From contig CP181265.1 of NCBI GenBank assembly GCA_047835465.1, positions 297,257 through 361,256 of the forward strand: 64,000 bases of DNA. The letters run 5' to 3'. Source of the DNA: Succiniclasticum sp. GTDB lineage: Bacteria > Bacillota > Negativicutes > Acidaminococcales > Acidaminococcaceae. A model generated the notes under the pieces. It did not search any database. It was not told the DNA's origin and saw only the letters and a list, made by a program, of their open reading frames with translations. The position numbers were made by a program, and so were the translations under genes. This document shows, piece by piece, positions 19,689 through 28,822 of this stretch (position 1 is the first letter of the stretch; every line of letters begins with the position of its first letter).

Positions 19689-20984
19689 ATGAAGCAATAT
19701 ACTTTTCATTATGGTCATGGAACCAAGACGTTCACCCTGGACGAAACCCGGGTTCTGGGAGAAATTGAAATGCCGGAAACGCCCGTCATGGAGAACGTGG
19801 AACAGGGCGTGCTGGACGCAGTGGAGCATCCCATCGGATGCGAGCCGCTGTCGCAGCGGATCCATGCCGGCGATACCGTGACGTTTGTCTGCAACGACCC
19901 GACGCGGGTGGCCAACAGCTTCGCTTTCATGCCGGTTCTCGTCAAGAAGCTCAATGAGCTGGGCGTACCGGATGAAAACATGCAGATTGTGTTTTCTCTG
20001 GGGACGCACCGTCTCATGACCCGCGAGGAAATGGCAGAGGGTGTCGGTGCCGATGTTGCGAAGCGCATCCGCATGTACAACAGCGATTGCAATATACCAG
20101 AGGATTTCGAGTATTTCGGGACAACAAGCCGTTTTACGCCGGTCCTGATCAACAAACGGATCTGCCACAGTGACCATATCATTCTGACAGGAACCATTGT
20201 CCACCATTACTTCAGCGGGTACGGCGGGGGACGGAAAGCGGTCCTGCCGGGGTGTGCCGCCATGGAAACGGTCCGGCACAACCACAGCTTTATGCTGGAT
20301 CCGCACTCCGGACTGGGAAAGACGACGGGGAATCCGGTCTATGAGGACCAGATGGAAGGTGTCAAGCTCTGGGCGGATGCCATGAAGAAACGCGGTACCG
20401 ATGTGTTCCTGTTCAACGCCATCCTTGACGCGGAGCACCGCTTCCTGCGTATGTTTGCCGGGGATTATATCCAGGCCCACCAGGAAGCCTGCCGCTTCGT
20501 CGATGCCGTCTACGGTGTCAAAATCAAGGAACGGGCCGATGTCGTCATCGTATCGTGCGGCGGCTATCCCAAGGATATCAACGTGTATCAGATGCAAAAG
20601 ACCATGGATAATTCTGTCCTGGCGTGCCGCCCGGGCGGGGTGGTGATTCTGCTGGCCGAGTGCGAAGAAGGCAGTGGCAGCAAGGTACTGGAGGAAACGT
20701 GCCGCCGCCTGAAGACGGCTGACGCCATTGAGGCGGAGCTGAAGGAGCACTTCGTCATCGGTGCCAACAAGGCCTATGCCGTGACGAGGCTCACCCGCAA
20801 GGCCCACTTTATCCTCGTGACGGGACTGGACAAACAGCTGGCCAAAGACATGCTCTTTACGGATGCCGTCGACTCGGTGGAGAAAGCGCTCCAGGAAGCG
20901 GAAAAAATTGTCGGGAAAGACTATAAGATCCTTCTCATGCCGACGGGCAGCCTGACGGTTCCTCTGTGCGACGGAGAAGAATGA
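19689..20984 (+). CDS. larA: Nickel-pincer-dependent lactate racemase family protein (LarA homologue)
   Basis: CNDPTR, SLGTHR, HHYFSGYGGGRKAVLPG, GGYPKDIN.YQ..K, AEC.EG.G. Confidence 0.85.
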   Translation: MKQYTFHYGHGTKTFTLDETRVLGEIEMPETPVMENVEQGVLDAVEHPIGCEPLSQRIHAGDTVTFVCNDPTRVANSFAFMPVLVKKLNELGVPDENMQIVFSLGTHRLMTREEMAEGVGADVAKRIRMYNSDCNIPEDFEYFGTTSRFTPVLINKRICHSDHIILTGTIVHHYFSGYGGGRKAVLPGCAAMETVRHNHSFMLDPHSGLGKTTGNPVYEDQMEGVKLWADAMKKRGTDVFLFNAILDAEHRFLRMFAGDYIQAHQEACRFVDAVYGVKIKERADVVIVSCGGYPKDINVYQMQKTMDNSVLACRPGGVVILLAECEEGSGSKVLEETCRRLKTADAIEAELKEHFVIGANKAYAVTRLTRKAHFILVTGLDKQLAKDMLFTDAVDSVEKALQEAEKIVGKDYKILLMPTGSLTVPLCDGEE

Positions 20985-21037
20985 GGGAAGGGATCAGGCA
21001 GTAAGGATGCTGTCTGCCCTGTTTTGCAATTGAAAAG

Positions 21038-21085
21038 AAGAAAGGCCTGTGAAAAAATGACTCCATTTTTTCACAGGCCTTTTCT
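21038..21085. repeat. Perfect 22-bp inverted repeat (CTGTGAAAAA family), also terminator-like
   Basis: AAGAAAGGCCTGTGAAAAAATG-actc-CATTTTTTCACAGGCCTTTCTT followed by a T-run. Confidence 0.85.
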
Positions 21086-21160
21086 TTTTTATTGGGGCTG
21101 CCATTCCTCTATCACCTCCTTCCGACTGCGTGGAAGGAAAATGTTCCTGAAAGAAAAGAC

Positions 21161-21189
21161 TTGAATATTTAACGTAATGGATTTAGAAT
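21161..21189 (+). promoter_or_regulatory. Sigma-A promoter of the YrbL-like gene
   Basis: TTGAAT-17 bp-TAGAAT. Confidence 0.55.
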
Positions 21190-21288
21190 AAATTCAGATA
21201 ATATTTATAAAAAATTTACTTTTTGTTTAAACTTGTAGATATTCCAAGGGTCGGAATTGCCAACATAAAAGAGGGTAGGGAAGTAATC

Positions 21289-21921
21289 ATGAAAGAAGTT
21301 CGGAATGCAATTCCTTATGTGACTCTTTCCGAGGCAGACATCTATGGGAAGGGAAGCCACAAAAAATGCTACCGCATGCCTGACCGGGGTGAGCTTTGTA
21401 TCAAGCTTCCTTACAATGACGGTGGCGTCAAAGACCTGAGCAGGGAAATCCGCTATATCCATGTGATGCGGCGCCAGCACAGGGAGTCACCGCTGCTGCC
21501 TGAGTACTATGGTGTTGTCCAAACGAATTACGGAGAAGGCCATGTGTACGAAAGGATTACCAACGCTGATGGAAGCGAATGCCGCACACTGGCCGAAACC
21601 CTGATGGACTTGAAACTGCTTGAGGAAGACTTTGATGGTATTGTGGCGCTGCTGCGCAGGATGCATGATGAACTGCTGCGAAAGGGAATAATCACGATGG
21701 GATTGTACCCGGAAAATATTCTCTTCCAGAAAACGAAAGACGGTCGCTGCCGCGTCCGTCTGGTGAACGACATGGGCAGCAAGACGTTGATTCCTCTCGA
21801 ATATTTTTCGGAGCATTTTGCTCACCGGCGCGTGGTGAAACGCTGGAAGGAATTCTTGCATACTATCGTGAGCAAGTATCCTTCCGATATGGCGGAAAAA
21901 CTGGTCAAAGAGATTGCATAA
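21289..21921 (+). CDS. YrbL-family kinase-like protein
   Basis: GKGSHKKCY..P....CIK, RE..Y, LPEYYG.VQTNYG.G.VYE, NIL, LVND pattern of the YrbL family. Confidence 0.75.
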   Translation: MKEVRNAIPYVTLSEADIYGKGSHKKCYRMPDRGELCIKLPYNDGGVKDLSREIRYIHVMRRQHRESPLLPEYYGVVQTNYGEGHVYERITNADGSECRTLAETLMDLKLLEEDFDGIVALLRRMHDELLRKGIITMGLYPENILFQKTKDGRCRVRLVNDMGSKTLIPLEYFSEHFAHRRVVKRWKEFLHTIVSKYPSDMAEKLVKEIA

Positions 21922-22053
21922 TCGAGTACATGGCATATTATGATAGATGCTTCTTTGCGTTGAGCGGGGAGCATCTATTTTGTATCAAGACACCATAAAA
22001 ATAATGAGTGCATCTTCATTGCTGAAGCAATTTTGTTTCTATGGCCACTTGCG

Positions 22054-22100
22054 AACAGGGACTGTGAAAAAAAGCAATCTACTTTTTCACAGTCCCTGTT
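22054..22100. repeat. 18-bp inverted repeat (CTGTGAAAAA family), bidirectional terminator-like
   Basis: AACAGGGACTGTGAAAAA...TTTTTCACAGTCCCTGTT. Confidence 0.8.
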
Positions 22101-22137
22101 TTAGCGGAATTACTGGTTTTCAGTGGAGCCGCCCGTG

Positions 22138-23208
22138 CTAAAAGTCCAGACTCTGGATGGCATCCCACACCTGGTCGACGGTCACGAAGTCGAAGCAGTC
22201 TGTTTTGGGACATTCCCGGGGATGGTTGCAGATGTGCTTGCCTGAACAAGGAAGACCGGCACTGACGGTCCGGCAGTTTTCAGAAGATCCGCCGTAAATC
22301 GTGGGAGAATTGTACGAGAAGATGGTGACAACCGGACAGCCGGCAGCGGCGGCAATGTGGGTGTTGCCCGTATCCAGTGTGACGTACAGGTCTACCTTCC
22401 GGCACAAGGCGACGATTTGCGGGAAAGTGGTCTTGCCAATCAAGTCAACGGCATATTCCGGGTGCTTCATGTGGTCCAGGACCTGCCGGGCCCGGGCAGC
22501 ATGGGCGGAGATGCCCGTCAGGACGATGGCCGCCTGGTAATGCTCGACCAGGCGGTCTGCCAGCGCCGCGAATCGTTCCGGCCGCCAGTCCTTGCGTTCG
22601 TTCGTCGTCTGGACGCAAAAGGCAATCCGTTTCGCCGGGGCGATGGCTTGATCGTGGAACGCCTGCTGCAGCATGTTTTCCACGGCCTGCAGATCTGTTT
22701 CTGCCGACGGCTTGAGAACCGGCGGCAGATAGGTGCCGTCCGTATCGTGGAAAAAGCGGCGGAAAATTTCGTAGAAGCTCTCCGCCATCCGGTGTTCCTG
22801 ATAATTCCAGCCGTCCAGACGCAGGTCGTCCGTATAGAACAGGCGCTCCCATTTCAACTCCCAGCCCAGGGCACGTTCGGCGCTGATACGGCGGGGAATG
22901 CCGGCCAGCCACTTGATGAGCGTGACACGTTCCCGGGGATCCAGGGAGATGCCCATGTCGAATTGCTCTTTTCGGAGCTGTGAAGCAATCTGCAATGCCT
23001 GTGTCACGCCGCCTTTGCTGACAAAGTTGTACGGAATGAAACGATCTACGTCCGGCAGGAGAGATACAACATCTTTCATATTGCTCGTCGAAAAATACGT
23101 AATCTCCGACTGAGGAAGCATTTTTTTAATTTCGCGGATAGCAGACGATGTTATGATAATGTCGCCCAAGTGCATCAGTCCGTCGATAAAAATTTTTTCT
23201 TTTGCCAT
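22138..23208 (-). CDS. Glycosyltransferase family 9 (LPS heptosyltransferase-like)
   Basis: HLGDIII, KDWRPERFA, GKTT..Q, TLDTGNTHIAAA. Confidence 0.9.
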   Translation of the reverse strand: MAKEKIFIDGLMHLGDIIITSSAIREIKKMLPQSEITYFSTSNMKDVVSLLPDVDRFIPYNFVSKGGVTQALQIASQLRKEQFDMGISLDPRERVTLIKWLAGIPRRISAERALGWELKWERLFYTDDLRLDGWNYQEHRMAESFYEIFRRFFHDTDGTYLPPVLKPSAETDLQAVENMLQQAFHDQAIAPAKRIAFCVQTTNERKDWRPERFAALADRLVEHYQAAIVLTGISAHAARARQVLDHMKHPEYAVDLIGKTTFPQIVALCRKVDLYVTLDTGNTHIAAAAGCPVVTIFSYNSPTIYGGSSENCRTVSAGLPCSGKHICNHPRECPKTDCFDFVTVDQVWDAIQSLDF

Positions 23209-23234
23209 ACTCTGCCTCTTCCGTTTCGGTAGTT

Positions 23235-24242
23235 TCACTGACTGGTTTTGTAGATAACCCGCAGGACGGAGTACCAGAACATTCCCTGGAGAAATGCCGC
23301 ATAATGCCCCTGCTGTTTCTCATACATACCCCATTCCTTGAAGTCGTGGTAATTTTCCGGTTTCCGGATGGGTGCCGTGTTGGTCAGGCTGTCCCAGGGG
23401 GACAAGTCCAGATAATGGCGCCACAAGGCGTCATAGCGGGTGAGGACCATCTGCCAGGGTTTGCGCCGGCCTGTCCAGTGGATGAATACGGCATTGTCCT
23501 CGGCTGCCTTTCCGCCGCCGTATTCGTTACATCCCTTGGGCAGGAAATAATTGGAGCCGTCGAAGACCAGGTTGAGGACGTCCTGGCTCTGGCCCAGGAA
23601 ACGACTCTTCGGCTCCCGCTGGTACGCGAAGGCGCGTTCCGTAATCTGCTGTGCCTGCCAGGCTGGAATGTCGATGACCATAATTCCATCGTTGAAGTAT
23701 TTTCCGCTTTTCAGCTTCAGGTAGCCCGCGCGGTGCGGCACCTCGTGGGGAACTTCGGAGCAGGCCCCCATGGCAGCTCCCTGCAGGTCCAGCTGCAGGA
23801 GCGGCTGCACGGAGGAGACGTTCATGGCGTCGGCGTCCACGTAGATAAAGCGGCTGGTGTAAGGCTGCAGCAGCAGCGGCATCACGAGACGGCCGTAGGT
23901 GATGCGGGAAAACCGTTCTACTTTGATGTGAAAATCCTGGAAGGGCTCCATATTGAGCAGGTAGACCCGGCAGCGGCAGTGGAGCCGCCGAGCCAGTTCT
24001 TCCACTTTCTCCAGGTTGTCCTGCGTCAATTCGTCTGTCAGGATGTGGGCTGTCACGGCCAGCGTGGGATTGCTCTGTACGACAGAGACGACGGAAACTC
24101 CCATGGTGCGAAAAAAGGGAGGATTCACGTTGTACGCGATATGGCATGGCTCCCTGTCATCCTTGTCCGGCAGGAAGTTGTAGTCCCTCGTCTCCAGGAG
24201 AAAAGTGTCAGATTGGAAATAATCTGGTGCAAAGGTCTTCAT
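23235..24242 (-). CDS. Glycosyltransferase family 8 (WaaJ/WaaI-like)
   Basis: YGRL, YVDAD, YFNDGIM, QDVLN, IHWTG..KPW. Confidence 0.9.
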   Translation of the reverse strand: MKTFAPDYFQSDTFLLETRDYNFLPDKDDREPCHIAYNVNPPFFRTMGVSVVSVVQSNPTLAVTAHILTDELTQDNLEKVEELARRLHCRCRVYLLNMEPFQDFHIKVERFSRITYGRLVMPLLLQPYTSRFIYVDADAMNVSSVQPLLQLDLQGAAMGACSEVPHEVPHRAGYLKLKSGKYFNDGIMVIDIPAWQAQQITERAFAYQREPKSRFLGQSQDVLNLVFDGSNYFLPKGCNEYGGGKAAEDNAVFIHWTGRRKPWQMVLTRYDALWRHYLDLSPWDSLTNTAPIRKPENYHDFKEWGMYEKQQGHYAAFLQGMFWYSVLRVIYKTSQ

Positions 24243-24403
24243 AATCAAACTCCCTTAATGATGTCATGTATTCTTTCTATGATTATAGCACGCTATTTCA
24301 CACTGGTGTCATCTGTGCTATAATTAGTCGTACGAATTCTTTCGATTTTTCGAAACGAATGATCGATCGATGGCTCCATCGAGGTTAGGAGGAGAGTTCT
24401 GGC

Positions 24404-25570
24404 ATGAACATTACCGTGGCCGGCGCCGGGTACGTTGGATTGTCCAACAGTATGCTGCTGGCGCAGCACAACGATGTAACTGTGTTTGATATTGTCCGGG
24501 AAAAGGTGGACTTGATCAACCGCCGTGTTTCCCCTATCAGGGACCGGGAAATCGAAGCGTTCCTGGCCCGTCCGGATATCCACGTCCGGGCCACGCTGGA
24601 CCCGGAGGAAGCGTTTCCGGGGGCAGACTATGTGATCATTGCGACCAGTGTCAATTATGACGTCGAACGCCGTTCTTTCGACACGTCGGCCGTAGAGTCC
24701 GTCATCGGGCAGGTACTGGCCCGGAACGAAAGGGCGGTCATCGTCATCAAGTCGACCGTCCCCGTGGGGTATACGGCGTCTGTCAAAGAAAAGTTCCACA
24801 CGGACCGCATCGTGTTCGTTCCTGAATTCCTGCGTGAAGGCAAGGCCCTGTACGACAATCTGCATCCGGCCCGTATTATTGTGGGAGAAAAGACGGAGCG
24901 GGCCAAGAAGATTGCGGACTTGATGGCAGAAGGCGCTGCGGTGCCGAACATTCCCCGCGTCTACTGCGGTTCCACGGAAGCAGAGGCCATCAAGCTGTTC
25001 TCCAACACGTATCTGGCCATGCGGGTCGCCTACTTTAATGAAATCGACAACTATGCCGTGCGGCACGGCCTGAATACGGCGGATATCATCCGCGGCATGT
25101 GCCTGGATCCCCGCATCGGTGATTTCTACAACAATCCGTCGTTCGGGTACGGCGGCTATTGCCTGCCGAAAGATTCCAAGCAGCTGCTGGCCAATTTTGA
25201 GGGAGTACCGGAAAAGCTGATCCGGGCCATCGTGGAATCGAACCATGTACGCAAGGACTTCATCGCCGAAGAAATTTTGGCGAAGAAACCGTCTCTGGTG
25301 GGCGTGTACCGTCTGACCATGAAGACCGGCTCGGATAATTTCCGTTCCAGTGCCATCCTGGGCATCATGAAACGCCTCCAGGCCCACGATGTGCCTCTTC
25401 TGGTGTATGAACCGACGGTGCAGGACGAGCTGTTCCAGGACGCCAGGGTAACGCACGACCTGGCGGCCTTCAAGAAACAATGCGATGTCATCCTGGCCAA
25501 CCGCATGACGGCAGACTTGGAAGATGTCCGGGAGAAAGTATATACGCGCGATTTGTTCAGCCGCGATTGA
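24404..25570 (+). CDS. ugd: UDP-glucose 6-dehydrogenase
   Basis: GAGYVGLS, IKSTVP, PEFLREG, SFGYGGYCLPKD. Confidence 0.97.
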   Translation: MNITVAGAGYVGLSNSMLLAQHNDVTVFDIVREKVDLINRRVSPIRDREIEAFLARPDIHVRATLDPEEAFPGADYVIIATSVNYDVERRSFDTSAVESVIGQVLARNERAVIVIKSTVPVGYTASVKEKFHTDRIVFVPEFLREGKALYDNLHPARIIVGEKTERAKKIADLMAEGAAVPNIPRVYCGSTEAEAIKLFSNTYLAMRVAYFNEIDNYAVRHGLNTADIIRGMCLDPRIGDFYNNPSFGYGGYCLPKDSKQLLANFEGVPEKLIRAIVESNHVRKDFIAEEILAKKPSLVGVYRLTMKTGSDNFRSSAILGIMKRLQAHDVPLLVYEPTVQDELFQDARVTHDLAAFKKQCDVILANRMTADLEDVREKVYTRDLFSRD

Positions 25571-25621
25571 AAGAAGCCTGCCGTCCTCCGGCAGGCTTTC
25601 TGTGTGATAGAAAGGGTGAAG

Positions 25622-26626
25622 ATGTTGCAGCAGTTTGACGCATCCAAACGGATTTTGGTGACGGGGGCGGCCGGGTTCATCGGATTCCATCTGACACGGT
25701 GGTTGTTGGAGCACGGAACCGTGGTGGCCGGTATCGACAACGTGAACGACTATTACGATCCGGCGCTGAAGGAGAGCCGGCTGGCGATCTTGCGCCAGTA
25801 CTCTGATTTTTCCTTCGTGCGGGGGACGCTGGCAGACGAAACGGTAGTGGAGCAGCTGTTTGCCACGTTCCACCCGGATATCGTAGTCAACCTGGCAGCA
25901 CAGGCGGGCGTGCGCTACAGCATCGACCATCCCCGTTCCTACATAGATTCGAATATCATCGGCTTTTTCAACGTGCTGGAAGCCTGCCGGCACCATCCGG
26001 TGGAGCACCTGCTCTTCGCGTCCAGTTCTTCCGTCTACGGCAACCAGGAAAAGACGCCCTTTGCCACGACGGATCCCGTGGACCATCCCATCAGCCTGTA
26101 CGCCGCCACGAAGAAATCAGACGAACTGATGGCCTTTACCTACAGCCACCTGTACGGGATTCCCGCCACGGGCCTGCGGTTTTTCACGGTGTACGGCCCG
26201 TATGGCCGGCCGGACATGGCTTATTTCAAGTTTGCAGACCTTATCCGCAAGGGACAGCCCATCAAGGTCTACAACCACGGGGATATGCTGCGGGACTTTA
26301 CGTACGTCGACGATATCGTGCAGGGCGTCGTGAACATGCTGTGCAACCCGCCGAAGGCTGTGAGTGACCGGGAGCCGGCACGCTACAAAATCTACAACAT
26401 CGGCAACAACAAACCGGTTCGGCTGATGGATTTCATCCAGACTCTGGAAAACGCGCTGGGGCAGACGGCGGAAAAGGAATTCCTGCCCATGCAGCCCGGT
26501 GACGTCTACCAGACCTATGCGGACGTCAGTGAGCTGGAGCGTGACTTCGGTTTCCGCCCTTCGACGGATATCGCCACGGGCCTGGCCCGCTTTGCCAAGT
26601 GGTACCGGGAATACTACCACTGCTGA
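25622..26626 (+). CDS. UDP-glucuronate 4-epimerase (Uge/Cap1J-like)
   Basis: GAAGFIG, NLAAQAGVRYS, YAATKK, RFFTVYGP.GRPDMA, MQPGDV; follows ugd. Confidence 0.88.
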   Translation: MLQQFDASKRILVTGAAGFIGFHLTRWLLEHGTVVAGIDNVNDYYDPALKESRLAILRQYSDFSFVRGTLADETVVEQLFATFHPDIVVNLAAQAGVRYSIDHPRSYIDSNIIGFFNVLEACRHHPVEHLLFASSSSVYGNQEKTPFATTDPVDHPISLYAATKKSDELMAFTYSHLYGIPATGLRFFTVYGPYGRPDMAYFKFADLIRKGQPIKVYNHGDMLRDFTYVDDIVQGVVNMLCNPPKAVSDREPARYKIYNIGNNKPVRLMDFIQTLENALGQTAEKEFLPMQPGDVYQTYADVSELERDFGFRPSTDIATGLARFAKWYREYYHC

Positions 26627-26640
26627 CAGTAATAAAACCG

Positions 26641-26699
26641 AAAAACCGGCGGTTCCCCTTGTTTCTCTCTGACAGGGGAATCGCCGGTCTGTTTTTTTT
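26641..26699. terminator. Bidirectional terminator between convergent genes
   Basis: AAAAACCGGCGGTTCCCCT...AGGGGAATCGCCGGT then a T-run. Confidence 0.75.
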
Positions 26700-26700
26700 C

Positions 26701-28518
26701 TTACCCGATTGTGTCCTCTTTGATCCACGTGCGGCCCTGGTTGGTTTTCAGCATATCGCGGGTAAACTTGAACCGCGGTGAGGCCAGGCAGTTTTCTTCC
26801 TTGAACCGGTTGGACCGGATGGCGAAGATGCCGCAAAGCAGTTCATATGCCAGATCCGTCGTGAAATAACGGTCTTTCTGTTTCTGCAGTGTCTCGCAGA
26901 CTTCGGGGTGGCGCTGCCGGTATTCGTCGGAGAACCAGGCGAACATGGGCACCCGCACCGTGGCAAACCCGTCGAAGTTGGCAGAACGCCGCTTGTCCGG
27001 AATGGTGCCGTGGTCGGAAAAATAGAGCATACCCTGCAGGTTCAGGTGTTCCACGGCATAGTCGTGAATGGATTGCAGGATGTAGTCCGTGTAGGCGACC
27101 GTGTTTTCGTAGTTTGGAATCAGATCATATTTGCCAGGAGTCCCGAACTTGGTGAAAGACTGCGGGTAGCGGTTTTCAAAGTTGAAGTGGCTGCCCTTCA
27201 GGTGGATGACCACAAAGTTATTCTGTCCGGCCGGGACTTCTTTCAAATAGGTCAGCAGGGTTTCGTCGTACTGGACCTGGTTCAGATTCTGTTTCGTCCA
27301 TTTGGCGACGTCGCTCGTGTTGGCGACGAGCGTGACTGGTGTTTCGGCGGCACCCAGGTGTCCCTGGTTGCTGTACCAGTATACGCGGTAGCCGGCCTTG
27401 TGGGCAATGTCGACGATGGAGGCCGACGTGTAAAAACGAGTGTCCCCGTCATACTGGTTGAATTCCGTCAGGGCACGTTCCAGGCTGGTGACCGTCTGGT
27501 CGGCACTGGCATAGGCGTGGGGGAACAGGATGTAGTGGTCGTCCTGCCGGCAGCGGGTCAGCCATGGGGTCGTATCGACGGGGTAGGCGTCGTTGAATGC
27601 CTTCATGTAGTCCCGGGATTCCGACTCGCCGATAACAAGCACGAAGGTCGACGGTTTGGAGAAACCGGGCGTAGCCGGCGTTACCTGCAGATCCCGGAGC
27701 AGCTCGGCGCGGGATTCGGCGTAGAGCTTCGTCGTGCGGAAGTAGTCTCGCACGTTCAGATACAGTTCTACGATGCCGACGCGGGGGAAGAGCGGCTTCT
27801 TGCTGAAGAAGAAATACACGGTCAAAAAGAGGAACGTGATGCCGCAGAGGACGAGGGAGACGGGTGTGACTGTCAGGGGCCGCGAAACTGTCCCGTTGGC
27901 ATGGCAGAAAGTGACCAGCAGGATTACCGTCAGCAGGCTCGTCACCAGGAGCGTCCGTTTAGGCAGGGATTTCAGGAATTCCAGGATTTCGTTATAGTTT
28001 GTTTCCTGAAGCAGCATCATGGCACCCTCGTTGACACAGGTTCCGTAGATGGCGTAGTAGGCAAATTGCAGGATCGGCACCAGCAGCAGGAGACACTCCA
28101 CGGCACCTGTCAAAACCAGCAGGACCGTGACCACCGTTTCCGGCAGGAACCGTGCGGACAGGATCAGGACCTCGAACGACGTGAACCAGCCGATCAGGTA
28201 CAGGCCGAACACAATGTCCAGGTGGAACCCGAAGTCACTGGACACTGCCCGGTTCGTCAGATAGTAGAGCAGCGGATAGGCCAGGATCCAGCCGAGTCCG
28301 GTCAAAAAGGCAGGCATAAAAAGAGGGCCCGTCAGGGCCAGGCCGGCCAGGGCCGAAGGAAGAACCGCCAGGATGGCGCAGGGAATAAAACGCCGCAGCT
28401 GCAGGTATTCTGCTTTGTGTCCCAGACCGTGGGAAACACGCACGTAAAAAAAGTAAGACAGCAGATAAAACGCCGCCATGGCCGCCACATAGGACGGCGC
28501 AATCGAAACTTGCATCAT
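26701..28518 (-). CDS. Phosphoethanolamine transferase family (EptA/CptA-like)
   Basis: N-terminal TM domain plus sulfatase domain: VIGES, QTVTSL, HLKGSH, YFSDHG. Confidence 0.85.
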   Translation of the reverse strand: MMQVSIAPSYVAAMAAFYLLSYFFYVRVSHGLGHKAEYLQLRRFIPCAILAVLPSALAGLALTGPLFMPAFLTGLGWILAYPLLYYLTNRAVSSDFGFHLDIVFGLYLIGWFTSFEVLILSARFLPETVVTVLLVLTGAVECLLLLVPILQFAYYAIYGTCVNEGAMMLLQETNYNEILEFLKSLPKRTLLVTSLLTVILLVTFCHANGTVSRPLTVTPVSLVLCGITFLFLTVYFFFSKKPLFPRVGIVELYLNVRDYFRTTKLYAESRAELLRDLQVTPATPGFSKPSTFVLVIGESESRDYMKAFNDAYPVDTTPWLTRCRQDDHYILFPHAYASADQTVTSLERALTEFNQYDGDTRFYTSASIVDIAHKAGYRVYWYSNQGHLGAAETPVTLVANTSDVAKWTKQNLNQVQYDETLLTYLKEVPAGQNNFVVIHLKGSHFNFENRYPQSFTKFGTPGKYDLIPNYENTVAYTDYILQSIHDYAVEHLNLQGMLYFSDHGTIPDKRRSANFDGFATVRVPMFAWFSDEYRQRHPEVCETLQKQKDRYFTTDLAYELLCGIFAIRSNRFKEENCLASPRFKFTRDMLKTNQGRTWIKEDTIG

Positions 28519-28822
28519 CGAAGATGTCCTTTCCATTGTGAGTATTGCTGGGGAATCAGCCTGTCTTTCACTTGATTGACAGAGCTATTTTAACATAAAA
28601 CGATGAACTTTCCCAGTGGATGCATACAGGATGGATTTCCTCTTTCGGCATGGCGTCAGGTCTTGCTGTCTTGCCCATACCTTAAAAGCATAACAAGATG
28701 GAAACAGAGGGGTCCTGTTGTCTTTTATTGTCTGAAAATGATATAATGGTAAAACGAATTGGAGCGGACGCCTTTCCCTCGTACGGCGGGCCGGTTCCCA
28801 GTATACAGTGCAGGAGGGATTT

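Noticed and set aside
25574-25599. Hairpin between ugd and the epimerase as an operon-ending terminator
   Set aside because: The stem is good but the U-tract is weak and the genes are functionally coupled, so an mRNA-stability element is more likely.
28726-28740. CodY-like boxes here, at 49741-49755 and near 60385-60399
   Set aside because: They have 3-4 mismatches to AATTTTCWGAAAATT in AT-rich DNA, which is too weak without conservation data.
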